64,000 nt of DNA from an uncultured Gammaproteobacteria bacterium (GTDB lineage Bacteria; Patescibacteriota; Patescibacteriia; CAZGFX01). The stretch lies in contig CAZGFX010000002.1 of the NCBI GenBank assembly GCA_964524845.1, positions 157,422 to 221,421 of the forward strand, given 5' to 3'. Numbering within the stretch: position 1 is the first letter of the stretch; each line of letters starts with the position of its first letter. Shown here one piece after another: positions 1 through 8,675 of this stretch. The notes beneath the pieces are model-generated. The model had not been told where the DNA came from and did no database searches. It saw only the letters and a list, made by a program, of their open reading frames with translations. Both the position numbers and the translations under genes were made by a program.

Positions 1-879
1 AAACAATCTTTCTGGTCTAGCAAGGTCAGTTAAAAGCCAAAATGTCGTAGAATAAGCAACCAAACGACTCATTATAGGAGCTTCCCATGTATTATTACTA
101 TAAACAGCTAATGGTTGATAACTCTTTTTATGAGGTTCTTTTTGACTCAAAAAAACATATGTGAGACGTGAAAAATATTCTTTATGAGCTACTGTATCAA
201 CGTCAAAGGAGCTAACAATAACGTTTTCATAACTTATGGATCGTTCGTCTAAATATGTTTTAAATTGTTTGCCGGCATAATGAACATTTGATCCTTTTCC
301 AACAACTTCGTCTGGTAGATCAGCCGGATGAATTGTTATTATAAAATCAGCGAAGAAGTGCCCAAACTCTTTTTTTGCACGAACAGCGATCTCATTAAAA
401 TGTTCCTTTTTTCTTTCTTCTCCAGCAAGAACAACGTACATTGAGCGAGAAGGATAATTTGCTTCCAAAAGCGCCCTAATCGTAGCCGCAACAATCTCAT
501 ATGGTTCGTGTACCATTGGAAGAAAAACGACATGTTTAATCTCTTTCCATCGCTCAGGATATTCTCTTATAAGTTCTTCGAACCAGTTTTTTTCAACAGT
601 CTTCTTATATTGTATCCATGAATTAATCATGTAAACAGAAAGATATATTATTCGTATGAACCAATACATATCAAAAACGATTATAAAATAGATCGCGAAT
701 AAAGGAGCAAAAAAAGAAACAAGAAGAGCTGTTACGAGAACCGTCCATATAAAAGCCATTGGAATAATTTCCAAAATACGATAAAGTTGGTAATCGGATA
801 AAAACAAAAAGTTTTTTCTATCATTAACAAAAACCACATCACTTGGTGCCGTGCATTTTCTGTTTTTGTCGTATGACAT
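1..879 (-). CDS. glycosyltransferase family 2-like membrane protein (C-terminal part cut by window edge; start codon at 879)
   Basis: Minus-strand frame is open from ATG (complement of 877-879) to base 1 with no stop; it is absent from the ORF track only because it runs off the edge. Translation MSYDKNRKCTAPSDVVFV...IIPMAFIWTVLVTALLVSFFAPLFAIYFIIVF (TM helices) then VVFLPMVHEPYEIVAATIRALLEANYPSRSMYVVLAGEE...SSFDVDTVAHKEYF (GT-A-like, DxD-like DVD). Stop of the upstream gene at 886 gives a 4-nt operon junction. Confidence 0.5.
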   Translation of the reverse strand, partial: MSYDKNRKCTAPSDVVFVNDRKNFLFLSDYQLYRILEIIPMAFIWTVLVTALLVSFFAPLFAIYFIIVFDMYWFIRIIYLSVYMINSWIQYKKTVEKNWFEELIREYPERWKEIKHVVFLPMVHEPYEIVAATIRALLEANYPSRSMYVVLAGEERKKEHFNEIAVRAKKEFGHFFADFIITIHPADLPDEVVGKGSNVHYAGKQFKTYLDERSISYENVIVSSFDVDTVAHKEYFSRLTYVFLSQKEPHKKSYQPLAVYSNNTWEAPIMSRLVAYSTTFWLLTDLARPERLF

Positions 880-885
880 ACAATA

Positions 886-2028
886 TTATTTTTTCTTATA
901 ATAAATAAAGTTATCAAATCTGAGATCTATATATTTTATACTTCCTAGCTGATCCATAAATTTTGGCCAGGCCTCAGTCAAATTCTCAACTTGATCATCC
1001 AAACTAATCATAGGGTCACAAATAATCTCTAAACCATTATCAAGAATAATTCGCACAACAGTATTTTTTTCCGCAATAGAACGAATTATATATTCTTTTA
1101 TTGAGGTGTTCACAGCTACTGGCACGAGATCATTAAGTCTTGTAATTGCTTTCACTGTAGTATCAGCAAACAACGCATCTCCAATCATTATAAGAGGATT
1201 CTTTGGTATAAAAACATAAGTACCATTTCCGTCTTTTACCACATTTGGAAGAGGAACATCTAGAAGATCTGTAGAAACGTTTTTATTATTTGATTTAGTA
1301 TTCTGTATCGCACTTGCTGTTTCAACTGTTTTTATGTCTGCAAAAAACTTAATAAGTTCTTGTTTTTCTATTTCTGTAAGATATGTACTCATAAGTTCCT
1401 GATCTTCTGCGAGTTTTTCAAGCGGTATCGGATCAAACGCTACAACGACTCGAGGCAATCCGTTTTTTTTATCCTTATTCATATCATTGACAGGAATACT
1501 GATTGTCCCGTTCATACTCACAAAATATTCTTCTTTCCCATTTACCAAAACAAGTTTTGTCGTTCCTTCGTCAATTTGAACCTCAATTAAATTCGGGTAG
1601 TGTTTTTTAACTGTAGCACTTGCGAGATTAAACTTTGAAACAAGTTTATTAGAAAGTACATTTGTGTCAGCAAACCAATATTGGCGATGTGAAAAAACAC
1701 GAAAAGCTTTTTCTGATAAAAAACGTTCTACTTCATCTGAAAAATCGGCTTTTGGTATCATGTTATATCCAGATATAACCACCGTGTCTATTTTCAAATG
1801 TGGTGTCGTTACAAAAAATATACACGCATATGCTATAACAAAAGCTATTAGTGTATATATTATCTTATTTTTAGTTATTTTCTGATCTTTTTTTCTTGCT
1901 TCAAAATGCTTCCAACCAGGCATTGATTGGCGCTTATGATTAAACGTCCCACGATACATCATAGAACGAGGACGCACCGACTGTGATCTTTTTCCAAACA
2001 TTAGTGTGATACAATATTTTGAATCCAA
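886..2028 (-). CDS. membrane-anchored FtsQ/DivIB-like (POTRA-type) protein; true start probably near 1962 (MMYRGTF)
   Basis: 380-aa ORF with basic N-terminal tail, one TM helix (IIYTLIAFVIAYACIFFVTT) and an extracytoplasmic domain VVISGYNMIPKADFSDEVERFL...ATVKKHYPNLIEVQIDEGTTKLVL resembling the FtsQ POTRA pattern. The 5' 28 nt overlap the upstream hydrolase gene. Confidence 0.4.
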   Translation of the reverse strand: MDSKYCITLMFGKRSQSVRPRSMMYRGTFNHKRQSMPGWKHFEARKKDQKITKNKIIYTLIAFVIAYACIFFVTTPHLKIDTVVISGYNMIPKADFSDEVERFLSEKAFRVFSHRQYWFADTNVLSNKLVSKFNLASATVKKHYPNLIEVQIDEGTTKLVLVNGKEEYFVSMNGTISIPVNDMNKDKKNGLPRVVVAFDPIPLEKLAEDQELMSTYLTEIEKQELIKFFADIKTVETASAIQNTKSNNKNVSTDLLDVPLPNVVKDGNGTYVFIPKNPLIMIGDALFADTTVKAITRLNDLVPVAVNTSIKEYIIRSIAEKNTVVRIILDNGLEIICDPMISLDDQVENLTEAWPKFMDQLGSIKYIDLRFDNFIYYKKK

Positions 2029-2696
2029 TGAACAAGACTAGGATATGATATGTCCGGCTGTTCAAAAAACGGAAAGTGTCTACAATTAGGAATAATACAC
2101 ACATCTGTTTTTTCTGTGTTGTTTCCAACGTGTCTGATCGCATTTTTTGTCGCATGAGACACTCCGTCCTCTCCAACCATAATCAGTGTTGGTATACAAT
2201 CAAGTTTTTTAAAATCATTAATAGTACAATACGAGCACCACATCATATGGGTCGAAACATCTTTCTTTTTAAAAAACTTTTTACAATGATCGAAGAACAT
2301 TTTGAACATAGGGTACTTCGTTATTATAAATCTAGGAGCCACTAAAACTATGTTTTCAAGCCATTGCACACCCTGCTCAGCAAGCGCCATACCAACAACA
2401 GCTCCCATGCCATGCCCGATAATGGTGACATTTTTTATCCCCAGTGCTTGCGCAGATACATGAACATCGTTTGCTAGTCCTAGAAGTTCTTCTGGTGAAA
2501 GTATTTTTTTATCAATGGAATATCGTATATCTATAGCAACGCCACGATACCCTTCCATCTGATTGATAATGTCTGTCCACAACTCTTTACTATTTCCAAT
2601 ATCATGAAGAAAAAGAAGCACCGGGCCATCCCCACGATAGTCGTTATCAATATATTCGACCAAGTGATCATGCGCGATAATGTCTCCTTGTTTCAT
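2001..2696 (-). CDS. alpha/beta-hydrolase fold protein with the nucleophile-elbow Ser replaced by Gly (G-H-G-M-G)
   Basis: 231 aa; LLFLHDIGNSKELW (oxyanion region) then IIGHGMGAVVGMALAEQG in the canonical GxSxG position. I re-read the DNA at about 2380-2420: GGG CAT GGC ATG GGA gives GHGMG. A C-terminal HF motif is present. Confidence 0.7.
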   Translation of the reverse strand: MKQGDIIAHDHLVEYIDNDYRGDGPVLLFLHDIGNSKELWTDIINQMEGYRGVAIDIRYSIDKKILSPEELLGLANDVHVSAQALGIKNVTIIGHGMGAVVGMALAEQGVQWLENIVLVAPRFIITKYPMFKMFFDHCKKFFKKKDVSTHMMWCSYCTINDFKKLDCIPTLIMVGEDGVSHATKNAIRHVGNNTEKTDVCIIPNCRHFPFFEQPDISYPSLVHWIQNIVSH

Positions 2697-2701
2697 TTGT
2701 A

Positions 2702-3967
2702 TTATTTTGTAATTTTTTTCTTACCCATATAAGGAACTAGCGCTTTCGGAATAGTTATTGACCCATCTTCATTCTGATAATGCTCGATGAGAGAAATGAG
2801 AAATCTTGGGGTTGCAAGAGCTGTATTATTTAATGAATAACACATTACAATAGACCCATCATCATTTCGATATCTTATATTCATGCGTCTACACTGGAAA
2901 TCAAGCATATTAGAAACCGAATGTGTTTCTCCATATCCACCACGAGAATACATCCAACATTCAATATCTTTTGTATCATATTTTCCAAGAGACATGTCAC
3001 CTCCGCATAATTGCAGAACTCTGTGTGGAATCTCAAGTTCACGCACAATTTCAAGTGCGTTCTCAAAAATAAAATTATACATCCGAACAGACTCATCAAG
3101 ATCGGCTGGCATAATTACCACTTGTTCGACCTTATTAAACTGGTGAATACGATATAATCCTTTTATATCCTTACCATATGATCCTGCCTCTCTTCGAAAA
3201 CACGTGGAATATCCCGCATACAGAAGTGGTAATTTGTCTTTATCAATAATTTCATCTTTATGATACGCCATAATAGGAATTTCAGATGTTGCAATAAGAT
3301 ACTTATCATCCTTTTCACAATAAAACGCATCATCTTCTCCTCCTGGAAAATATCCGGTTCCTTTGAAACAATCCGGATTCACAATATAAGGTGTACTCAA
3401 TGGAACAAATCCTTTTTTTACAATATGATCAAGTGCAAACCGAAGTAGCGCCTGTTCTAATAACATTCCATCTCCTTTCAAGAAATATCCGCGCGCGCCC
3501 GCGACTTTAACACCACGATCAACATCCAACATGTCGAGATCTTGCATTATAGAAACATGATCTTTCGGCTCAAAATCAAATTTTCGTACATCTCCCCATT
3601 TCAGAACCTCAACATTATCATTACTATCAACACCATCGGGAATATGCGAAGCAACAATATTAGGAACAGAAAGAAGAAGTTTTGATAACATTTCTTCATT
3701 CTCGCGGGCGCGCGAGTTAAGTTCTTCCTCTTGATCACCAATCTCCTTCATTTTCTTTATAACGTCTTCTCTTTCTTTGCCTGATAAAGAAGGAATTTCC
3801 TTTGACGCGGTGTTTTTCTGGGCACGAATATCATCGAGTTTTTTTTGAAGCTCTTTACGCTCATCATCGAGTTTTATAATTTTATCAATATCAATATCCT
3901 TGCGCTTTTTTTTGGCCGCATTAATAACTTCATCTGTATGTTCTCTGATAAACTTTATATCCAACAT
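2702..3967 (-). CDS. serS: seryl-tRNA synthetase
   Basis: 421 aa; N-terminal coiled-coil arm (MLDIKFIREHTDEVINAAKKKRKDIDIDKIIKLDDERKELQKKLDDIRAQKN) and a class II catalytic core (motif 2/3 regions, GYSTCFRREAGSYGKD). Confidence 0.92.
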   Translation of the reverse strand: MLDIKFIREHTDEVINAAKKKRKDIDIDKIIKLDDERKELQKKLDDIRAQKNTASKEIPSLSGKEREDVIKKMKEIGDQEEELNSRARENEEMLSKLLLSVPNIVASHIPDGVDSNDNVEVLKWGDVRKFDFEPKDHVSIMQDLDMLDVDRGVKVAGARGYFLKGDGMLLEQALLRFALDHIVKKGFVPLSTPYIVNPDCFKGTGYFPGGEDDAFYCEKDDKYLIATSEIPIMAYHKDEIIDKDKLPLLYAGYSTCFRREAGSYGKDIKGLYRIHQFNKVEQVVIMPADLDESVRMYNFIFENALEIVRELEIPHRVLQLCGGDMSLGKYDTKDIECWMYSRGGYGETHSVSNMLDFQCRRMNIRYRNDDGSIVMCYSLNNTALATPRFLISLIEHYQNEDGSITIPKALVPYMGKKKITK

Positions 3968-3990
3968 AAAATTGTTATATGGATTTCGAA

Positions 3991-4635
3991 TTATTTCAGA
4001 TCGGAAATAGTCAAAGATGATATTATATCTCCTTGTGCTATAGCATTAACAACATTCTGTCCTTCAGTAACTCTGCCAAATATAGTGTGTTTTCCATCAA
4101 GCCATGGCGTCGCTACATGTGTGATAAAAAACTGGCTTCCGTTCGTGTCCGGACCAGAATTCGCCATAGCGAGAACACCTGGACCATCAAATTTAAAATC
4201 TGAAACAAACTCATCTTTAAACTGATATCCGGGACCACCTCGTCCCGTACCTTCTGGATCACCGCCTTGAATCATAAAATCCTGTATCACTCGATGGAAC
4301 GTAAGTCCATTATAAAATCCTTTTTGTGCAAGAGTTATAAAATTTGCAACAGTATGAGGAACTTTTTTTGCATATAATTGCACGACGATCTTTCCTTTTG
4401 ATGTTTCAAAAGTAGCTATCATATCATTAGCATATGACGCGGCATCAATTATTCCTCCCATCTCTTTTGCATCAATACTGACCTTGTTTTGTGTATTCAT
4501 ATTTGTGTTTTCGGCAGATGAGGGTGTCTCTGATGTTTTTAATGGGATTGTATTGTTCGAATAATTATTTGAAGCACAACCCGTATTCAATACAAAAACA
4601 AAAGTCAGAAAAAACACCACTATTCTCATTTGCAT
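3991..4635 (-). CDS. ppiB: cyclophilin-type peptidyl-prolyl cis-trans isomerase, probable lipoprotein
   Basis: 214 aa; signal peptide with lipobox-like LNTGC; [30 protein letters not shown] and [12 protein letters not shown] cyclophilin signatures. Confidence 0.9.
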   Translation of the reverse strand: MQMRIVVFFLTFVFVLNTGCASNNYSNNTIPLKTSETPSSAENTNMNTQNKVSIDAKEMGGIIDAASYANDMIATFETSKGKIVVQLYAKKVPHTVANFITLAQKGFYNGLTFHRVIQDFMIQGGDPEGTGRGGPGYQFKDEFVSDFKFDGPGVLAMANSGPDTNGSQFFITHVATPWLDGKHTIFGRVTEGQNVVNAIAQGDIISSLTISDLK

Positions 4636-4721
4636 ATAAAATAATAAAAATATCTAATTATAGCCAAATAATACCACTTTTTTATAATAAAAACAACAAT
4701 TTTGCACACCTTCTAAATTTA

Positions 4722-4750
4722 TTGACAAAAATAATATATGGTTGTAATAT
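4722..4750 (+). promoter_or_regulatory. sigma70-like promoter: TTGACA (4722-4727), 17-nt spacer, TAATAT (4745-4750), upstream of the Cys-rich ORF
   Basis: Consensus -35 and near-consensus -10 with optimal 17-nt spacing inside the AT-rich divergent spacer between ppiB and the 4806 ORF. GGAGG at 4817-4821 precedes an in-frame ATG at 4827. Confidence 0.5.
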
Positions 4751-4805
4751 CATTTTGGTAAAAATAACTTAAAAAAACAAAGAAACAACTAAAAGCCCTC
4801 TTTAT

Positions 4806-5294
4806 GTGGGGGCATGGAGGTGTGCGATGTGTAAAACGTGCGAAACAAAAGAACATAAAACAACAACAGATTTCGGTTCTAGGTGGGAACTTTTCGGAAC
4901 TTGTATGAAGTGCGGACTAAAAATCAACGTTCTGCAAGAAATATCTAGATATGGAAACAGGGTGTGCAAACAGTGCGGAGGAGCGTGGTATGAAAACAAT
5001 TGTATTATATGCAAAGGACCAATCGACTCCAGATACGAAGACACTCGCAAAAGATGTGTAACATGCAATTGGTTTATTTGCCCTCAGTGCGGAGGATGTT
5101 TTTGTACCGCCCAAGAAAGGCTATATCCCGATAAATTAGCAGAATTGCTTAGAAAATACGGCGATCCTTCTCTTGTAATTATTGATGATGATCCAACAAA
5201 TCCATATGGAAATGGATATTGCGCGTATTGCGGAATGGAAATAGACGGAATCATACACCCAGATGATGACTGTCCAAATTTTCCTGATCCATAA
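4806..5294 (+). CDS. cysteine-rich multi-CxxC (zinc-ribbon-like) hypothetical protein
   Basis: 162 aa with about 9 CxxC pairs (CAMC, CETKEH..., CMKC, CKQC, CIIC, CVTC, CPQC, CFC, CAYC). Only plus-strand gene in this stretch; own promoter and SD. Confidence 0.6.
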   Translation: MGAWRCAMCKTCETKEHKTTTDFGSRWELFGTCMKCGLKINVLQEISRYGNRVCKQCGGAWYENNCIICKGPIDSRYEDTRKRCVTCNWFICPQCGGCFCTAQERLYPDKLAELLRKYGDPSLVIIDDDPTNPYGNGYCAYCGMEIDGIIHPDDDCPNFPDP

Positions 5295-5373
5295 TTATGA
5301 GACGATAATTAACATTTTTAAACACAAATCCTGTTCACAACGAACAGGATTTTTTTTTGTAAGAAATTATTTT

Positions 5374-6918
5374 CTACTTCACCAAAGGAAACCAGACCAC
5401 TTCCTTGATGTTTTCTGTACCAGTTATAAGTGCGATAAATCGCTCAATCCCTATTCCTACTCCTGATATTGGTGGAAATCCGTGTTCCATTGCACGAACA
5501 TACTCATCATCCTTGCAATGAGCATCCTTATCTCCACATTCTTTTGCCTTAGCTTGGGCATTAAATCTTTCTGCTTGATCAATAGGATCAACCAGCTCCG
5601 AATAACCATTTACGACCTCCCACCCATTTACTACCAACTGAAATCGATCAACAATATTTTGATCCTCATCGTTTTTTCGAGCAAGAGGAGAAAGATCAAC
5701 AGGATGTTTAATTAAGAAAACCGGACCAAGCATTTTTGGACGCGAAACCTTCTTATAAAGAGAATCTATGAGATTTCCTCTTCCTAATACATCAATATCA
5801 TCAATATCTATTTTTCTCTTCTTTATCTCAGCTCGAAGATCAGAAGCTGTTTTATATGAATTTATATCAATTCCGCAATCATTTTTTATTAAATCAACAA
5901 ATGTAATTTCCTCCCACCTCTTCCCTCCAAAATCAACGTCTTGTACAACTCCATCATGACCTTTTATTGGAATCACGAGATTCCCTTTTGTTTCTTTCAA
6001 TACATGTTGGATCAGTTCTCTAGTAAACGTCATATTGTCTCTAAAATTCCAATATGCCGCATAATGCTCACACATCATAAACTCTTGCAAATGCGATGGA
6101 TCAATTCCTTCGTTTCGAAACACCTGTCCTATTTCAAATGTTTTTTCAAAACCAGCTCCAATGAGTTCTTTTTGATGTATTTCAAGAGCTATACGAAGAT
6201 AAAAATCGCGATCAAGCGCATTGTGATGCGTTACAAACGGCTGAGCCAAAGCTCCGGACGGAGCGTGTTGAAATACTGGGGTTTGCACCTCGAGAAAACC
6301 ATTTTTGTAATAAAACTCTCTCATTGCACGTATAAAATTCGCACGAGTAAGAAGAATATCCTTCACTTCTGGATTGGAAAGAATATCCAAATATCTTTGC
6401 TGATATCGAGTCTCAACATCTTTCAATCCGTGATATTTCTCAGGCATTGGACGAAGTGTTTTTGAAAGAAGTGTGTATTCACGCACAAAAACAGTCGGCT
6501 CTCCTCTCTTTGTAACAGCAATTTCTCCTTCAACTCCTATAAAATCACCGGCATCAATTAATTTAAGATTTTTGAAAGAATTTTCTCCTAAAGCATTTTT
6601 AGTTAAAGCTATTTGTATCTGTCCTGTCTCATCACGAAGTTGTGCAAATACGAGATTTCCATGCTCTCTCCATAACATAATACGACCACGAATTTTTTCT
6701 TTCTTGGTTTTTTTCTTTCCTTCAAGCTCATCCATATGAGGGAGCTTTTTGATATTTTTATCTCCGTACTCTTTAAGATCTGAAATTGTTATCGTCGCAT
6801 CATACTTGTCAGCATAAGACTGTATTCCGATTTCACGAAGTTGTCTGAGCTTCTCAATACGCATCATATACTCATCTCCCGTATCTATGTCGTTGTTTTG
6901 TGGTTTAAAATCAGTCAT
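5374..6918 (-). CDS. lysS: lysyl-tRNA synthetase, class II
   Basis: 514 aa; N-terminal OB anticodon-binding domain (GRIMLWREHGNLVFAQLRDETGQIQIAL) and class II core (FLEVQTPVF, GIGIERFIALITG). Confidence 0.92.
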   Translation of the reverse strand: MTDFKPQNNDIDTGDEYMMRIEKLRQLREIGIQSYADKYDATITISDLKEYGDKNIKKLPHMDELEGKKKTKKEKIRGRIMLWREHGNLVFAQLRDETGQIQIALTKNALGENSFKNLKLIDAGDFIGVEGEIAVTKRGEPTVFVREYTLLSKTLRPMPEKYHGLKDVETRYQQRYLDILSNPEVKDILLTRANFIRAMREFYYKNGFLEVQTPVFQHAPSGALAQPFVTHHNALDRDFYLRIALEIHQKELIGAGFEKTFEIGQVFRNEGIDPSHLQEFMMCEHYAAYWNFRDNMTFTRELIQHVLKETKGNLVIPIKGHDGVVQDVDFGGKRWEEITFVDLIKNDCGIDINSYKTASDLRAEIKKRKIDIDDIDVLGRGNLIDSLYKKVSRPKMLGPVFLIKHPVDLSPLARKNDEDQNIVDRFQLVVNGWEVVNGYSELVDPIDQAERFNAQAKAKECGDKDAHCKDDEYVRAMEHGFPPISGVGIGIERFIALITGTENIKEVVWFPLVK

Positions 6919-7022
6919 ATATTTAAATCTTGTTTAATTTTAGCGAAAAAACCACACGATGTCAAAAATAAAAAATCAAGAGCGAAAAAACGTCTCTTGA
7001 TATTTATGTGTTGGAAATTAAC

Positions 7023-7631
7023 TTATAACCTCGTTATTTTCCAAACTATAACCGACGTATACACTGTACTGCAAACAGCGAACAAAACAAGAACCCCTAT
7101 TATTGTGTTCGGAATAAACAATGATTGAAAAAACGGATAAAATGGAATGGCAATAAGAGAGAGTGCTATGGTCGTTGCAGTAAAAATAAGAGAGTTTTTG
7201 AGATACTTGTATGAACTTTCTTTATCATTTAACAAGCGAATAAAATAGTCTTCCTTCTCCTTAAGCAGTCTTTTAAAATGTTCTGGATGGTTCATGATTA
7301 AAGAAGGTGAAATATCTATAATATCACTTAGGTGCGCAACGAAATCAATATATTCCGGACTTCCTTCTTTGTATTTTTTGAGATCAAGTTTGTGTAACCA
7401 ACCAGAAAACCAAGCAAGCACCTCTCGATACTTTGTTCCAATAAGATCGTGTGGATTATCATCTTCTTGTAACTCGTATACAAATAACGCCTTAACCTCC
7501 TGTGTAAGTGTGTGTAGCTGATAATTTATACGAGTAAGTTTATATACTACAAATGTCGATGCAAGCGCGATAATTGCGGCAAGTGTCTGAGATATCGTAC
7601 TAAGCGTGAAAAACCAAAAATTCGAGTCCAT
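7023..7631 (-). CDS. hypothetical membrane protein
   Basis: 202 aa; hydrophobic N-terminal segment and two C-terminal TM helices (LIFTATTIALSLIAIPFYPFF, IIGVLVLFAVCSTVYTSVIVW). Confidence 0.5.
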   Translation of the reverse strand: MDSNFWFFTLSTISQTLAAIIALASTFVVYKLTRINYQLHTLTQEVKALFVYELQEDDNPHDLIGTKYREVLAWFSGWLHKLDLKKYKEGSPEYIDFVAHLSDIIDISPSLIMNHPEHFKRLLKEKEDYFIRLLNDKESSYKYLKNSLIFTATTIALSLIAIPFYPFFQSLFIPNTIIGVLVLFAVCSTVYTSVIVWKITRL

Positions 7632-7701
7632 AAAATAATATTTAAACTATCTTTATATAGTATACACGAAAATGTAAAATAATTGAATTTTTGTTAATTT
7701 T

Positions 7702-8127
7702 CTATTCTTTAATTTTTGAAATATTATCAACGGTCATCCATGCAACCCCCGAACCAAATCCTTTTTTATTAATAAAAAATGGTTCCCTTATAATTTGTGG
7801 GTCTCGAAGAAATATTAAAATACAATATTTTGGTAATTTATCCCATTTAGTAACATCCTTCTTAATCAAGCAAATTTTATCACCATATTCTTTTATAATT
7901 GAGTTCGCGTCAATGACGTTATTGATTGTAAATTGAATAACCCTTGATACTATCGCTTTAGCAATAACTGGCCCTCCTGAGTCTTTAAAAAAAACAACAT
8001 CATTTTCTTGTATTCTATTCCATGGTGCACGTTTTGTCTGATACCATCGCGATTCTATGGTTTTTTCTCCTGAAATAATTTTTGGAATAAGTTTCCAAGA
8101 CTTATTCATAATCGCGATATGATACAT
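7702..8127 (-). CDS. ASCH (PUA-like) domain protein
   Basis: 141 aa; MNKSWKLIPKIISGEKTIESRW resembles the ASCH N-terminal beta-barrel signature. Confidence 0.4.
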   Translation of the reverse strand: MYHIAIMNKSWKLIPKIISGEKTIESRWYQTKRAPWNRIQENDVVFFKDSGGPVIAKAIVSRVIQFTINNVIDANSIIKEYGDKICLIKKDVTKWDKLPKYCILIFLRDPQIIREPFFINKKGFGSGVAWMTVDNISKIKE

Positions 8128-8131
8128 GTTA

Positions 8132-8632
8132 TTAAATTATAATCAAAATTTTATTATCTAACCTAGCACTTAGTTTTTCGGCCAATGCCTTGCCTTCTTG
8201 ACTAAACGGCCATGCAAATAATTTAACATCTTTTGTGTGCGGTATATCTTTAATCGCTTCTTTAAACATCTCTACTGCATAACCCTTTCGTCTGTATTCT
8301 GGTATGGTAAACGCGGCACAAAGATATAATGCTTCATATTCATCCTGTGATTTGGTCAAATCAAGTAATTCTCGTTCGTTAATCTCTCTCTTTAAGAATT
8401 TCTCCATCAGTTCTGTTTGTGTCGGCAACACAACCACCCAGCTAATCGGTTCTCCGTTATCCAATCTATATACTACAGTTTTCGGATGCAACTGCTGTAA
8501 TTTGTAAAACGACTCCCGCGTTATTGGCATTTGATTAGGATCACTCGCGGTTCCGAAAAATCGCTCCGCAATATTTAACATTTTATCTAACACTTTTTCA
8601 TCCATATTTTTGTTTCTTACGCACCATAACAT
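8132..8632 (-). CDS. GNAT-family N-acetyltransferase
   Basis: 166 aa; LCAAFTIPEYRRKGYAVEMFKEAIKD matches the GNAT motif A (R-x-x-G-x-A) context. Confidence 0.5.
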   Translation of the reverse strand: MLWCVRNKNMDEKVLDKMLNIAERFFGTASDPNQMPITRESFYKLQQLHPKTVVYRLDNGEPISWVVVLPTQTELMEKFLKREINERELLDLTKSQDEYEALYLCAAFTIPEYRRKGYAVEMFKEAIKDIPHTKDVKLFAWPFSQEGKALAEKLSARLDNKILIII

Positions 8633-8675
8633 CTTTATTCCTCCTTCGCTAAATCCATTGAAGGATTGCTAGATG

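Noticed and set aside
339-533. 64-aa ORF and 732-917 61-aa ORF at the left edge
   Set aside because: Alternative frames inside the edge-truncated glycosyltransferase gene (1-879), which is the real feature there.
5941-6465. 174-aa plus-strand ORF inside lysS; likewise 12406-12876 inside murB and 1360-1885 inside the FtsQ-like gene
   Set aside because: Embedded antisense in confidently identified conserved genes; no SD; AT-rich codon bias artefacts.
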